Origin: an uncultured bacterium
Lineage (GTDB): Bacteria; Patescibacteriota; Saccharimonadia; UBA4664
Assembly (NCBI GenBank): GCA_963720265.1
Contig: CAVRET010000002.1
Span: 200,704-264,703, forward strand
DNA length: 64,000 nt
Reading direction: 5' to 3'
Part shown: piece by piece, positions 49,264 to 58,083 of the stretch
How positions within the stretch are numbered: the stretch's first letter is position 1
Layout: each line of letters starts with the position of its first letter
Program-made: the position numbers and the translations under genes
Notes under the pieces: model-generated
Seen by the model: only the letters and a program-made list of their open reading frames with translations
Database searches by the model: none
What the model was told of the DNA's origin: nothing

Positions 49264-51048
49264 TTACACCTCCTGATCCAATAATGTTTGATACTTACGC
49301 AACAAATCACGCACCAAAGGTGCGTCACCTCTCTCTTCGGCTTCGCGCAAGGCCCGACTTAAATGTTGCTTCTGATCCTGATTCGAACTAATTTGCAGCC
49401 TTCTCGCCAGCCCGAATGCCTCGAAACTGCGGTCTGCAGGAGCGAAAGCTTCATACTCTTGCTCGCCCCGTAACAATAATATATTAACGTAATCTGACAG
49501 CTCAGTCAATGCTCCGGCAATGGATGCCACCGGTTCCCGCCGATGTTCTCGTACCGCCTCAAACACCGCCCGCCGCCGCTCACCGGAAAAAGCCTCAGCC
49601 GTTAAATCATCCAGGCAGATCCGCGCTACAGGCTCAAGCAGCACCAAGCCCAGCAGCGACTCCTCCAGAACTTGCCTAGCCCCAGGCTTACCTTCAGTTT
49701 GTACAACTGCCCGGCGGCTTGGCTGATCATCGGGACGCTCACGGCTTGCCATATCCGCTCGCGGCCGGGCACCAAGACTCACCGACTGCGCCAATTTAGC
49801 CCGCACCGCTTCCTCGCCCGTCCCAGTCTTTTCCGCCAACAGTTTTACATAGTGGTCCTGTTCCACCGGATCACCCAGCCGCCGCAAACTCGCCGCCAAA
49901 CGGTCAGTATATCCACGCTTGCCAACACCGGAGCTCAGATCATAATCGCGTTCGAACCGGTCAAACAGATAATCCACAATGTACTTCGCCCCAGCAATCG
50001 CCCGCTCCCAAGCCGCCACATCCTTCTTGATGAGCTCATCAGCATCCTTGAATCCCTCCGGCAGTTCAACCATGCGCAAACTAAGCCCCAGCGTTTGCCC
50101 CAGCTCGATCGCCCGCTCCGTCGCCGCCAGCCCCGCACGGTCCGAGTCGAACGCCAGCTTCACATTCTTCGTCAGCTTGCTCAAATTCCGCAAATGCTCA
50201 AGCGTCAGCGCCGTCCCACTCGTCGCCACCACCGGTTTCACCCCAGCTTGGTGGGATGTCACCACATCCATTTGCCCTTCTACCAGCACCACCTCATCAC
50301 GCGTCCGTATCGCTTCCCGTGCCATGTGCCATCCAAAAATCGCTTGAGACTTATCAAATAACGGCGTCTGCGGCGTGTTCAAATACTTCGGCTCACCGTC
50401 ATCGAGCACCCGTCCGGTAAACGCAATCGGCCGCCCCTCCCTGTCCCCAATCGGAAACATTATCCGCCCGCGAAACAGGTCATAAATCGTATTGCGTCCC
50501 TGCTTCTGGCCGGCCAGCCCGGCCTGCAATAATTCTTTGGATGTAAAGCCGCTCTTTAGCAAAAATCCCGTTAATGCATCCCACGAATCCGGTGCATACC
50601 CAATCCCAAATTCCCTTACCGTCTCACGCGTCAATCCCCGCTTCTTCGCCACATACTCAATCGCCGTCTTATTAGCCGCCAAGCTCGCCTGAAAATATCG
50701 CACCGCCAGCGCATGTGCCTCCTCCAGCCGCTCGCGTAACCGCTTGGCCGCCCCGCCGTCACTCTTGCGCTCCTTTAGTTCGACCCCGGCTTTGCGCGCC
50801 AAAATCTCCAGCGCCTCGCGAAACTCTACCCCCTCCATCTTCATGACAAAGCTAAACATATCGCCGCCTTCGCCACAGCCGAAGCAATGGTAAATCCCCT
50901 TCTCAGGGCTGACCATAAAGCTCGCTGTCTTCTCCTGGTGAAACGGGCACGGCGCCTTCAAATTCCGCCCCGCCTGCTTCAATGGCACGTACGCCCCCAC
51001 CACCTCGGTAATCTCCAGCCGGCTCTTGACCTCCGCGACCTCATCCAT
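49264..51048 (-). CDS. dnaG: DNA primase
   Basis: CPFH..CFGC Zn finger, KYLNTP, VEGQMDV, FDSDRAG. Confidence 0.97.
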   Translation of the reverse strand: MDEVAEVKSRLEITEVVGAYVPLKQAGRNLKAPCPFHQEKTASFMVSPEKGIYHCFGCGEGGDMFSFVMKMEGVEFREALEILARKAGVELKERKSDGGAAKRLRERLEEAHALAVRYFQASLAANKTAIEYVAKKRGLTRETVREFGIGYAPDSWDALTGFLLKSGFTSKELLQAGLAGQKQGRNTIYDLFRGRIMFPIGDREGRPIAFTGRVLDDGEPKYLNTPQTPLFDKSQAIFGWHMAREAIRTRDEVVLVEGQMDVVTSHQAGVKPVVATSGTALTLEHLRNLSKLTKNVKLAFDSDRAGLAATERAIELGQTLGLSLRMVELPEGFKDADELIKKDVAAWERAIAGAKYIVDYLFDRFERDYDLSSGVGKRGYTDRLAASLRRLGDPVEQDHYVKLLAEKTGTGEEAVRAKLAQSVSLGARPRADMASRERPDDQPSRRAVVQTEGKPGARQVLEESLLGLVLLEPVARICLDDLTAEAFSGERRRAVFEAVREHRREPVASIAGALTELSDYVNILLLRGEQEYEAFAPADRSFEAFGLARRLQISSNQDQKQHLSRALREAEERGDAPLVRDLLRKYQTLLDQEV

Positions 51049-51096
51049 ATTTCAATTATACGCCGCATCTGAAACTTATACGAACAAAAGGCGAAA

Positions 51097-52104
51097 CTAA
51101 GCCAAATTGCTCCAGCGCAAATCCGGCCGAAACGTTTCGATTAGCCGCGCCGTCACACCAACCGTCCGCTCGGCCGAGGGGTGAGCCACAAAGGCCTCCA
51201 AATCGGCCCGCTTGTGGCTATCCGACGTTACCAGGTCAAACACTCCGTAGCGCCCAGCTAACTCGCGCGTTTCGGCCGCCTCCGCGCTCACGTCGCGCTG
51301 CATAATTACATTCACGTTCTCACTTTCGAGCCCGTCTAGGCCGCCGGCGGCCAAAATCGCTTCCAGCTCGTCCTTGGTCATCTTCGCAAGTTCCAAATAC
51401 CAATGCGCCGCCACAGCGAACCCGCCGGCCTCACGAATCAGCTTGACTGTCTCGTTATAGCCCAGCAACGTGCCAAAATCGGCCGTTTTCGGTGTCGGCT
51501 TAAACGCATCACCTCCCATAAACAGCGTATACGGATACTGGTTGGGCCCGTCTGCCATCATGAGGTCGTACTTAGCTTGCAGTGCCGCATCGTGCTCGGC
51601 CGCCTGCTGCATCGCTTCGCGCAGCCTCTCCATCAATGCTTGGTTTTGTGGTTTTGCCAGCACGGCTTTCACCAAATGCGGCTTGCCGATATTGCGCGAT
51701 GTCGCCGCCGCTCGCACGTCACTCTCGGTCACATCAAAGCCCACGCTTTGTAAATGCCTTACATACGTGCGCATGCGTTCCACTCGGCTGTGCTCAGCTG
51801 CGGCGCAGAACTCGACCAGCGCGCGGTTCTTGATATCCACAAACAGGCCCAAAATGTGCACGCTGCCCTTGTCCCGGCCGCCCGGCGCCCAAGCCGACAG
51901 CTCGACGCCAATCATCCATTTCACCGGTCCGTTGTAGTCGCGCAACTGTCGGATTACCGACTGATTCGGCAGCGTATCGTGATCAGTAAACGCCATCACC
52001 CCGATGCCCGACTCCTGAGCATCCTTAAGTGATTGCACATGCGTCTGCACGCCGTCCGAGATAACAGTGTGATTGTGTAACGATTCAAATTTGAGCTCTG
52101 CCAT
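51097..52104 (-). CDS. PHP-domain phosphoesterase
   Basis: LHNHTVISDG, TDHD, GVELS, HILGL, AHW, SDSH. Confidence 0.88.
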   Translation of the reverse strand: MAELKFESLHNHTVISDGVQTHVQSLKDAQESGIGVMAFTDHDTLPNQSVIRQLRDYNGPVKWMIGVELSAWAPGGRDKGSVHILGLFVDIKNRALVEFCAAAEHSRVERMRTYVRHLQSVGFDVTESDVRAAATSRNIGKPHLVKAVLAKPQNQALMERLREAMQQAAEHDAALQAKYDLMMADGPNQYPYTLFMGGDAFKPTPKTADFGTLLGYNETVKLIREAGGFAVAAHWYLELAKMTKDELEAILAAGGLDGLESENVNVIMQRDVSAEAAETRELAGRYGVFDLVTSDSHKRADLEAFVAHPSAERTVGVTARLIETFRPDLRWSNLA

Positions 52105-52137
52105 GTCCAATATCGTATCATTCGTGAAAGTTTGACC

Positions 52138-52167
52138 GGGCCGTGGGGAGCATGCTCCCCACGGCCC
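52138..52167 (-). terminator. Perfect 30-bp GC palindrome
   Basis: GGGCCGTGGGGAGCA|TGCTCCCCACGGCCC right after the stop of 52171..52560. Confidence 0.7.
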
Positions 52168-52170
52168 CAG

Positions 52171-52560
52171 CTAATCATCTTCACTGTACACGCCAGCTTC
52201 TTCGATCTGCAGAACCAACTCTTCGACCAGCGCACGAATGTCTGGTGACCGGCTTCGTTTCCGGACGAGCCGTACCAAGCGCAAAGCGATGTCGACAATC
52301 TCCTCACCGGCGACCAGCTTGGCGATCGCCTCTTCGTCCGACACCAACGTCAGAAGTTCCAGCAGATTTTCAGCCTGTTCGCGTACAACTGACGCCAAGG
52401 CTGTCCGTCCGCCAGGAATATAGAGCTGGTTGCTGCCGGCAGCGTCCTGTATCCAGTATCCTGAGTCAGCCGCATCCACGACGCGGGCACCGGAATAGCC
52501 GCCCACTCCCTGGCACACGCTAGCAAGCAGTTGGCCGAACGAAGGGGTAAAAGTTTGCAT
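52171..52560 (-). CDS. Hypothetical protein (accessory cassette)
   Basis: 129-aa ORF, GGTGAG before ATG, closed by a perfect palindrome. Confidence 0.6.
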   Translation of the reverse strand: MQTFTPSFGQLLASVCQGVGGYSGARVVDAADSGYWIQDAAGSNQLYIPGGRTALASVVREQAENLLELLTLVSDEEAIAKLVAGEEIVDIALRLVRLVRKRSRSPDIRALVEELVLQIEEAGVYSEDD

Positions 52561-52606
52561 CCGCTCACCACATTTCTCACTCGATAGCAGGCGTAGTGTA
52601 GTTATA

Positions 52607-53392
52607 TCACACTCGGTAACGTCCGACGTGCATGGTCACGAAGCCCTCTTTCATAAGCGCCGCGACGACCGTTTCAAGTCTTGAATCATCAATACCCAAC
52701 TCCTCGAGCGTCTTCGGGCCTGCAAGCAGCCGTCGCAACACCTCGCCACGCAGTTGCCGCGTGCTCCCCTCAAAGCGCGATTGCACACTATAATGCCGGC
52801 TACGCCGGTTCGGGTTTGGCACCTGCCTGCCCAACGCCACCCCGTAATCCATCAATGCCCAGTACCACTCTCGTGGTCGCGGCCGGTCAAGTGTCACTTC
52901 CACCAGCGGCCGCAGTGCGTCATCGCCCACGTTATTACTGTCAGCAAAAAACTCATGCAAAAACACCCGCCGGATATTTGTCTCAATAAAGACTACCGGC
53001 AGATCGTACGCAAACGCCACGATACTCCCGGCCGTATTTGGCCCGATCCCGGGCAGCTGTACCAGTTGCTCCGGTGCCCTAGGCGGCTCGCCACCAAACT
53101 CGCCCATCACCATACCGGCCGCCTTCCGCAACCACAGCGCCCGCCGGTTATAACCCAGTCCCTGCCACTCCGCTAAAACCTCGGCCGCACTTGCCTGCGC
53201 AAGCTCCGCAAACCCCGGCCAGCGCTCGAGCCACCTTTGCCAGCGCCCCAACACCCGGCTCACCTGCGTCTGCTGCAACATCACTTCGCTCACGAACACG
53301 CCATATGGTGTCACGTACACCCGCCATGGCAGATCGTGCCGGCCATGCTCGTGGTAATACTGCCAAACTCTATCTCGAAACTCTTCCATCAC
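52607..53392 (-). CDS. mutY: MutY-like A/G-specific adenine glycosylase (HhH-GPD) without Fe-S motif
   Basis: SEVMLQQTQV, WQGLGYNRRA, LPGIGPNTAG, ALMDYG. Confidence 0.85.
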   Translation of the reverse strand: MMEEFRDRVWQYYHEHGRHDLPWRVYVTPYGVFVSEVMLQQTQVSRVLGRWQRWLERWPGFAELAQASAAEVLAEWQGLGYNRRALWLRKAAGMVMGEFGGEPPRAPEQLVQLPGIGPNTAGSIVAFAYDLPVVFIETNIRRVFLHEFFADSNNVGDDALRPLVEVTLDRPRPREWYWALMDYGVALGRQVPNPNRRSRHYSVQSRFEGSTRQLRGEVLRRLLAGPKTLEELGIDDSRLETVVAALMKEGFVTMHVGRYRV

Positions 53393-53408
53393 ATGCGATT
53401 ATAGCCAT

Positions 53409-53437
53409 TTGACGGCATTATCGGACACCTCTACAGT
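53409..53437 (+). promoter_or_regulatory. sigma70 promoter of the Lsr2-like cassette
   Basis: TTGACG-17 bp-TACAGT, then GACTA..TAGTC stem and GGAGGGAG. Confidence 0.65.
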
Positions 53438-53495
53438 ACAGACTAAGCAAAAGCGCAACCCGCGCAAAGCTCGCACGATAGTCGGAGGGAGCCTC

Positions 53496-53783
53496 GTGGC
53501 ACGAGAAGAACGCACTATCACGGTATGCGACTGCCATCTTGCACGTCACCCCAAGCCCAAAGACTGGCGTGTAGGCAGCAAGTACCACTTTAGTCGCGGC
53601 CATGCGCATTACGAGATTGACCTCTGCGCTGAATGCAGCCCCGAATTTCTGCAAACTGACGACAAAGGGCGTTACGTAAAATACGCCCGTCGCGTCAGAA
53701 GCGGTCTACGGAGCCGGCTCCGCCGCTTCGGCCCCATTCTGGGACCATCGTCCGTCCCACGGGTCGCCCGCGGCTTGGTCTAA
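53496..53783 (+). CDS. Lsr2 N-terminal (dimerisation) domain-like protein
   Basis: MAREERTITVCD..YHFSRGHAHYEIDLCAEC..YVKYARRV; GTG start after GGAGGGAG. Confidence 0.65.
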   Translation: MAREERTITVCDCHLARHPKPKDWRVGSKYHFSRGHAHYEIDLCAECSPEFLQTDDKGRYVKYARRVRSGLRSRLRRFGPILGPSSVPRVARGLV

Positions 53784-53806
53784 CCGCTCCTCTGTTCCAT
53801 CCATCA

Positions 53807-53843
53807 GGCGCCTCTAGCGGCCGTTCCCACTGCTAGAGGCGCC
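53807..53843. terminator. GC-rich hairpin
   Basis: GGCGCCTCTAGCGG..CTGCTAGAGGCGCC. Confidence 0.7.
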
Positions 53844-53875
53844 GCTTCATGTTCGAATCAAACCAATATTGGTGC

Positions 53876-54310
53876 TCAGCTCGACTTAAATTCGAGCGCG
53901 CATGAGTTCACGCAATAATGCTTCCCGCCCTTATCCTTTACCATTGGGTCGCCTTCAAATAAGTGCCCCAGATGCGCCCCGCATCGTGCGCACACAACCT
54001 CGGTGCGCTTCATAAACATTGAATTATCCGGCCGCAGCTCAACCCGGCCCTCAGCGGCCTCAGCCCAAAACGCCGGCCAGCCCACTAGTCCCGGCAATGT
54101 GCTCTCAAATTTCGTGTTGCTCTTAAACAGCTCCTGCCCACACGCCGCGCAACGGTACACCCCATCGGCGTCGTTACTCACGTATCTCCCCGTGCCCGGC
54201 GCTTCGGTTCCTTTCTCGCGCATCACATGGTACTGCTCTGGAGTCAACTTTTCCCGCCAGTACGAGTCCGGCATATTCTTCAAGTCACTTTGCTTCACGT
54301 CATCGCTCAT
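53876..54310 (-). CDS. msrB: Peptide-methionine (R)-S-oxide reductase
   Basis: LTPEQYHV.REKGTE, CAAC, GWPAF, RTEVVC..CGAHLGH, YCVNS. Confidence 0.95.
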   Translation of the reverse strand: MSDDVKQSDLKNMPDSYWREKLTPEQYHVMREKGTEAPGTGRYVSNDADGVYRCAACGQELFKSNTKFESTLPGLVGWPAFWAEAAEGRVELRPDNSMFMKRTEVVCARCGAHLGHLFEGDPMVKDKGGKHYCVNSCALEFKSS

Positions 54311-55094
54311 GTTCATTCTCCTTCATCATCTCGCTCGCTCCCGCTTGCGCCATGGCATACAGTTCCCGCATCGCCTGTGCAATTTGTGGGCTTTCAATAA
54401 TTGTACCGATCGTTTCATCACCGAACGAGATAAACGACACCTTGTTGCCATACACGTTAATCTCGACCGGCGCCGTATAGGCCTGGGCCGGATGCCACGT
54501 TACCGTGCGCTTTAGCCGGTCGTCGTTCGCCGCTGCCCAAGTCATTGCGCCGGGCAAGGCCGGCGCCAGCAGCCTCGAATGAACATTCAACGCCGCCCGC
54601 TGGTCTAAATACTTGGCCAGTACTGTCCCCGGCCGATCCGCGTTGCCAAAATGTTCCTGGTCAGCCGTTGTTCGCACCACATCTACCTCTAAGCCCGTGC
54701 GCAGGATATCTTCATACAACTTCTCAAGACCCTCGCTGCCCTCAAAAAATCGCACCCCCGGCTTACCACGATAGGTGTAGTAATAGCTGAGCAAATTCGG
54801 CAGCGCCTCGCGGTAGGCCCGCTCAGTTTCGGCTAGCTCCCGCTGCCGCCCAGCCAAAAATTTTTCCAGGGCGCTCGGGCTCGCGGGCTCATACGTCTGC
54901 TTCTTTGCCCCCGCCTGCTTCACCGCTAGCCCCACTTCCTCAAGTCGGGCTAGCGCCATATAGGCCGTCGTCCGGCTCTCATCGATCCGCCTCGCCAGCT
55001 GCGGCGGCGTTAAGCTGCCGGCCTTCACGAGCACAACGTATGTCTTCGCCTGCGCTGAAGTCAGGCCCATTTGGACCAGTAGCTCTGGATTCAT
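54300..55094 (-). CDS. TrmB-family transcriptional regulator
   Basis: MGLTSAQAKTY..L, SRTTAY, VRFFEGSEGL, VYGNKVSFIS. Confidence 0.88.
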   Translation of the reverse strand: MNPELLVQMGLTSAQAKTYVVLVKAGSLTPPQLARRIDESRTTAYMALARLEEVGLAVKQAGAKKQTYEPASPSALEKFLAGRQRELAETERAYREALPNLLSYYYTYRGKPGVRFFEGSEGLEKLYEDILRTGLEVDVVRTTADQEHFGNADRPGTVLAKYLDQRAALNVHSRLLAPALPGAMTWAAANDDRLKRTVTWHPAQAYTAPVEINVYGNKVSFISFGDETIGTIIESPQIAQAMRELYAMAQAGASEMMKENEHER

Positions 55095-55181
55095 ATGTTC
55101 ATTCTATTGATCAATGTTAGAAATGTACAGTTCAAATGTGACACAAATTTAAACTCATTAAGACAGTCTTGATACACGTTA

Positions 55182-56098
55182 ACCTGAGTCTCAAAACCCC
55201 TGGACCACCAAAGTAAAAAGACGCTAGGCTGTCCTTGTTACGTCGACAAAAACAAACAAGGAAATAGCAAATGCGTCTTTTACGTGCTCATCATATCGTC
55301 AAACTGGTTGAGGTGGTAGATAGCTTCTTTCCGAGGCAGCCGGCAAATCCCCTGGGCGGCCGCCCCGTCATCTTGCACCAAAATGAGTGCGTTGCCCTAC
55401 TGGTATTTAGCTGCCTGGTAGCCCCGCAACGCACCCTCAAGGGTGTATATATCTGGTCCCAAACGTATTATTACCGCCGGTTCCACTTGCCCAGTTACCA
55501 ATCGTGGGTCCGTAAATGCCACCTGGCTCTGCCTCAGATGCTCATCATGCTCGACCAGTTGTTGGTCAAGGACGCGCCTCTCGTCTTCATGGACTCAACC
55601 ATGCTTGAGGTCTGCAAGCTAGTCCGGGCCGACCGGCACAAAGTCGCCCAAGGAGTGGCCGACTTTGGTATGAACCACCAAGGGTGGCATTTTGGTTTTA
55701 AGCTCCATGCCAGCTGCGCCGCCAACGGCAGTCTGTGCGCCATCTGGTTTACGCCGGCCAATGAGAGTGACTCGCAGCAAATACCACATTTGGTCAACGA
55801 CGCAACTGTCATTGCCGTGGGTGACGGTGGTTACCTGGCCAAAGTCATGAGCAAGAAGATGTGGGATCTGCACCAGACCTACATACTGGCTCCCGCTCGA
55901 CGCAACCAGAAGCAGCCCATGGCCAGCTGGCAGGGCCTCCTGCTTCGCAGGCGGCCCAAGGTTGAATGCACCTTTGACTACCTAAAAGAACATTTGAACC
56001 TCGTCAGCTCATTTCCGCGAAGTGTCATGGGCTACTTCGTTCACTATGTCCGCATTCTGCTCAGCTACCAGCTGATGTGGGGGTTTTGAGACTCAGGT
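55182..56098 (+). mobile_element. IS982-family insertion sequence (917 bp)
   Basis: 19-bp perfect terminal IRs ACCTGAGTCTCAAAACCCC; 6-bp target duplication ACGTTA (55176-55181, 56099-56104). Confidence 0.9.
55271..56089 (+). CDS. IS982-family DDE transposase
   Basis: MDSTMLEVC, GWHFGFKLH, TPANESD, GDGGY, RPKVECTF. Confidence 0.9.
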   Translation: MRLLRAHHIVKLVEVVDSFFPRQPANPLGGRPVILHQNECVALLVFSCLVAPQRTLKGVYIWSQTYYYRRFHLPSYQSWVRKCHLALPQMLIMLDQLLVKDAPLVFMDSTMLEVCKLVRADRHKVAQGVADFGMNHQGWHFGFKLHASCAANGSLCAIWFTPANESDSQQIPHLVNDATVIAVGDGGYLAKVMSKKMWDLHQTYILAPARRNQKQPMASWQGLLLRRRPKVECTFDYLKEHLNLVSSFPRSVMGYFVHYVRILLSYQLMWGF

Positions 56099-56107
56099 AC
56101 GTTAGTA

Positions 56108-56136
56108 TTGACATTTTCGAGCAAAAGAAGTATTAT
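56108..56136 (+). promoter_or_regulatory. Consensus sigma70 promoter
   Basis: TTGACA-17 bp-TATTAT, followed by 5' hairpin TGTCG..CGACA. Confidence 0.75.
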
Positions 56137-56223
56137 TATCAATGTCGATCGGGAACGCCTCGGCGACAACTAATCGCTTGTCGCACCTAATTACTTGAAT
56201 GATCGCCAACCAGGGAGGCCGTC

Positions 56224-56589
56224 ATGGCAGACCAAACCCCCTACACCTCGGACGATATCGACCGCGGGCTCGCTGCGATTCGTCCTGACTACTACGAGCC
56301 GCCGGTCGAAATGGACTTGCGCGGACTCGACGCCGCGACCAGGGCACTCGGCTTGACCTACGGCTTCGACCGTTGGCAAGACGCCCGGGTCATGGCCAAC
56401 AACCGACGTCTGGTCGAAACCGCGCGGGAGCACTGGAATGAAGTCGGTCATCCGACCGACGACTTCCTGCGCCACACGCTCGGCGAGGACGAGAGCGCGG
56501 TCCGCCACCGTCATCTGCTCGAACGTGCCCACCCCGACTGCGCCAGGTGCGCGGACAAGGTTGCGCTCCTCCAGGGGGACGCAACCTGA
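56224..56589 (+). CDS. Hypothetical protein with C-terminal zf-HC2 (anti-sigma)-like motif
   Basis: SD GGGAGG; HPTDDFL..LGE..RHLLERAHPDCARCADKV; hairpin 56596-56631. Confidence 0.6.
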   Translation: MADQTPYTSDDIDRGLAAIRPDYYEPPVEMDLRGLDAATRALGLTYGFDRWQDARVMANNRRLVETAREHWNEVGHPTDDFLRHTLGEDESAVRHRHLLERAHPDCARCADKVALLQGDAT

Positions 56590-56669
56590 GCAAGAAGCCC
56601 CGGCCACCCACTACCAAGTGGGCCCGGGGCTATCACGTCCAAATCAGGGCCCGGACATAGGAGCTTCAC

Positions 56670-57440
56670 ATGACATTTGGCGTTGTAATTGTCGGCCTAG
56701 TTGGCGACCTCGACGTACGCTCGGCGATTCGTCGCAGCGGCGGCAATCCTGCAACAGCCGACATCCGTGAAGTTAATGTCGACGTCTTCAGCCGTCTCGG
56801 CGACGGCCTCGACATTGGCCTCGACTTGCCCGGCGTTGCGGTCGTCGTGTTCTCGGTTGAGGGCTATCGCCACCTGACAGTGTCAACCTTTTCCCAAACG
56901 GCATACCCGTCGCGCTCCCAGCTCTTCGAAAGCTATTCCCAGCGGCACGCTACTGGATTGGAGCTCCGGCCTGTCCTTCCGAGATCTACGTTCCACCACC
57001 GGTTGGCGCATCGTAGGGAGGCGATTATGGGATTCATTCTCGCGGTCGGCGATGTCGGCGAGCACCGCCTGATATCACTCATCCGGCAATACTACCGGCA
57101 CGCCGTTGAGATTGCCCATGTAGACGTGGACACGTTCGACGGGTTTGCGCCTCATTTCGCCGAGGTAAAACCGCAGTCAGCACCGCTGCCCGATGCGGCA
57201 GAGGAATCCCTGCCACAGGTGATCTCCCCGGCGGCATTGGACAACTGGGTGCGGTCACACCTCGGGGTAGTTCGCTCCGAAGTGGTGCTCGTTGTTCTTA
57301 CCAACACGGCTATGGCGAAACTGAGGGCATCGAACATAACAGTAGGCATGTTCTACGCCTGCTTTTCGGACACGCCGCAGTCGCAGTTCGTGGTTGTCAA
57401 AGCTGTAGTCAACCTCAGCCTTGACAACTACGAGCCATAG
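56670..57440 (+). CDS. Hypothetical protein (accessory cassette)
   Basis: 256-aa ORF, SD AGGAG, 3' hairpin at about 57474-57507. Confidence 0.6.
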   Translation: MTFGVVIVGLVGDLDVRSAIRRSGGNPATADIREVNVDVFSRLGDGLDIGLDLPGVAVVVFSVEGYRHLTVSTFSQTAYPSRSQLFESYSQRHATGLELRPVLPRSTFHHRLAHRREAIMGFILAVGDVGEHRLISLIRQYYRHAVEIAHVDVDTFDGFAPHFAEVKPQSAPLPDAAEESLPQVISPAALDNWVRSHLGVVRSEVVLVVLTNTAMAKLRASNITVGMFYACFSDTPQSQFVVVKAVVNLSLDNYEP

Positions 57441-57530
57441 CCATTACGCCCGCCGTGAGCTCACAATCACGGCAGCCCCGGCCCACCGCAAGGTGGTAAC
57501 CGGGGTTCGTCATGTTTAAGCAATAATTCC

Positions 57531-57620
57531 TGGCGGAGAGGGCGGGATTCGAACCCGCGATGGAGTTGCCCCCATACTCGCTTTCCAAGCGAGCGCACTC
57601 GGCCACTATGCGACCTCTCC
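57531..57620 (-). tRNA. tRNA-Ser (GGA)
   Basis: GGAGAGG acceptor stem, anticodon loop TTGGAAA, long variable arm, GGTTCGAATCC, 3' CCA. Confidence 0.96.
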
Positions 57621-57762
57621 GTGGCAGGCCTGCGTGCCCGCGACCGGCATATTATACCGTTCCAGCCTCAAATTGACTAATTACAACTTCACCATTAACA
57701 TAAAACGCCAGGTTATCGGAAGACAAAAGGACTACCGAAACCCCGTCTACTAAGGAACCGCC

Positions 57763-58083
57763 ATGTCCGACGAAACTGCTGCCGACAAGCGCATCGATAT
57801 GTTTCGCTTCATGCTTGACCTGGCGCTCGGGCTCGAGCCGCCGCCCTACGCCCGCAGTTCGGAAGCACTCGCCGAATGGGTCTTCCAACTCCCCAACCCG
57901 GCGCAGATCGCGGCTCACCTGTTCACCGCTATCACCGACCCTTCACGGCCCGAAGCGGACCGGTGTACTCTGGCCGAGTTCCTGCGAGACAACCGCAGCG
58001 GGCCAGCCGCCCCACCCGAGTTCGCCAAGCTCTTCGACAACGCCGAAGAGGTCTGGGAAGCTCTCCGGCCGCGACGAGCATAA
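57763..58083 (+). CDS. Hypothetical protein (accessory cassette)
   Basis: Promoter TTGACT-17-TAACAT (57673-57701), SD AAGGA, GC3-rich, 3' hairpin 58107-58139. Confidence 0.65.
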   Translation: MSDETAADKRIDMFRFMLDLALGLEPPPYARSSEALAEWVFQLPNPAQIAAHLFTAITDPSRPEADRCTLAEFLRDNRSGPAAPPEFAKLFDNAEEVWEALRPRRA

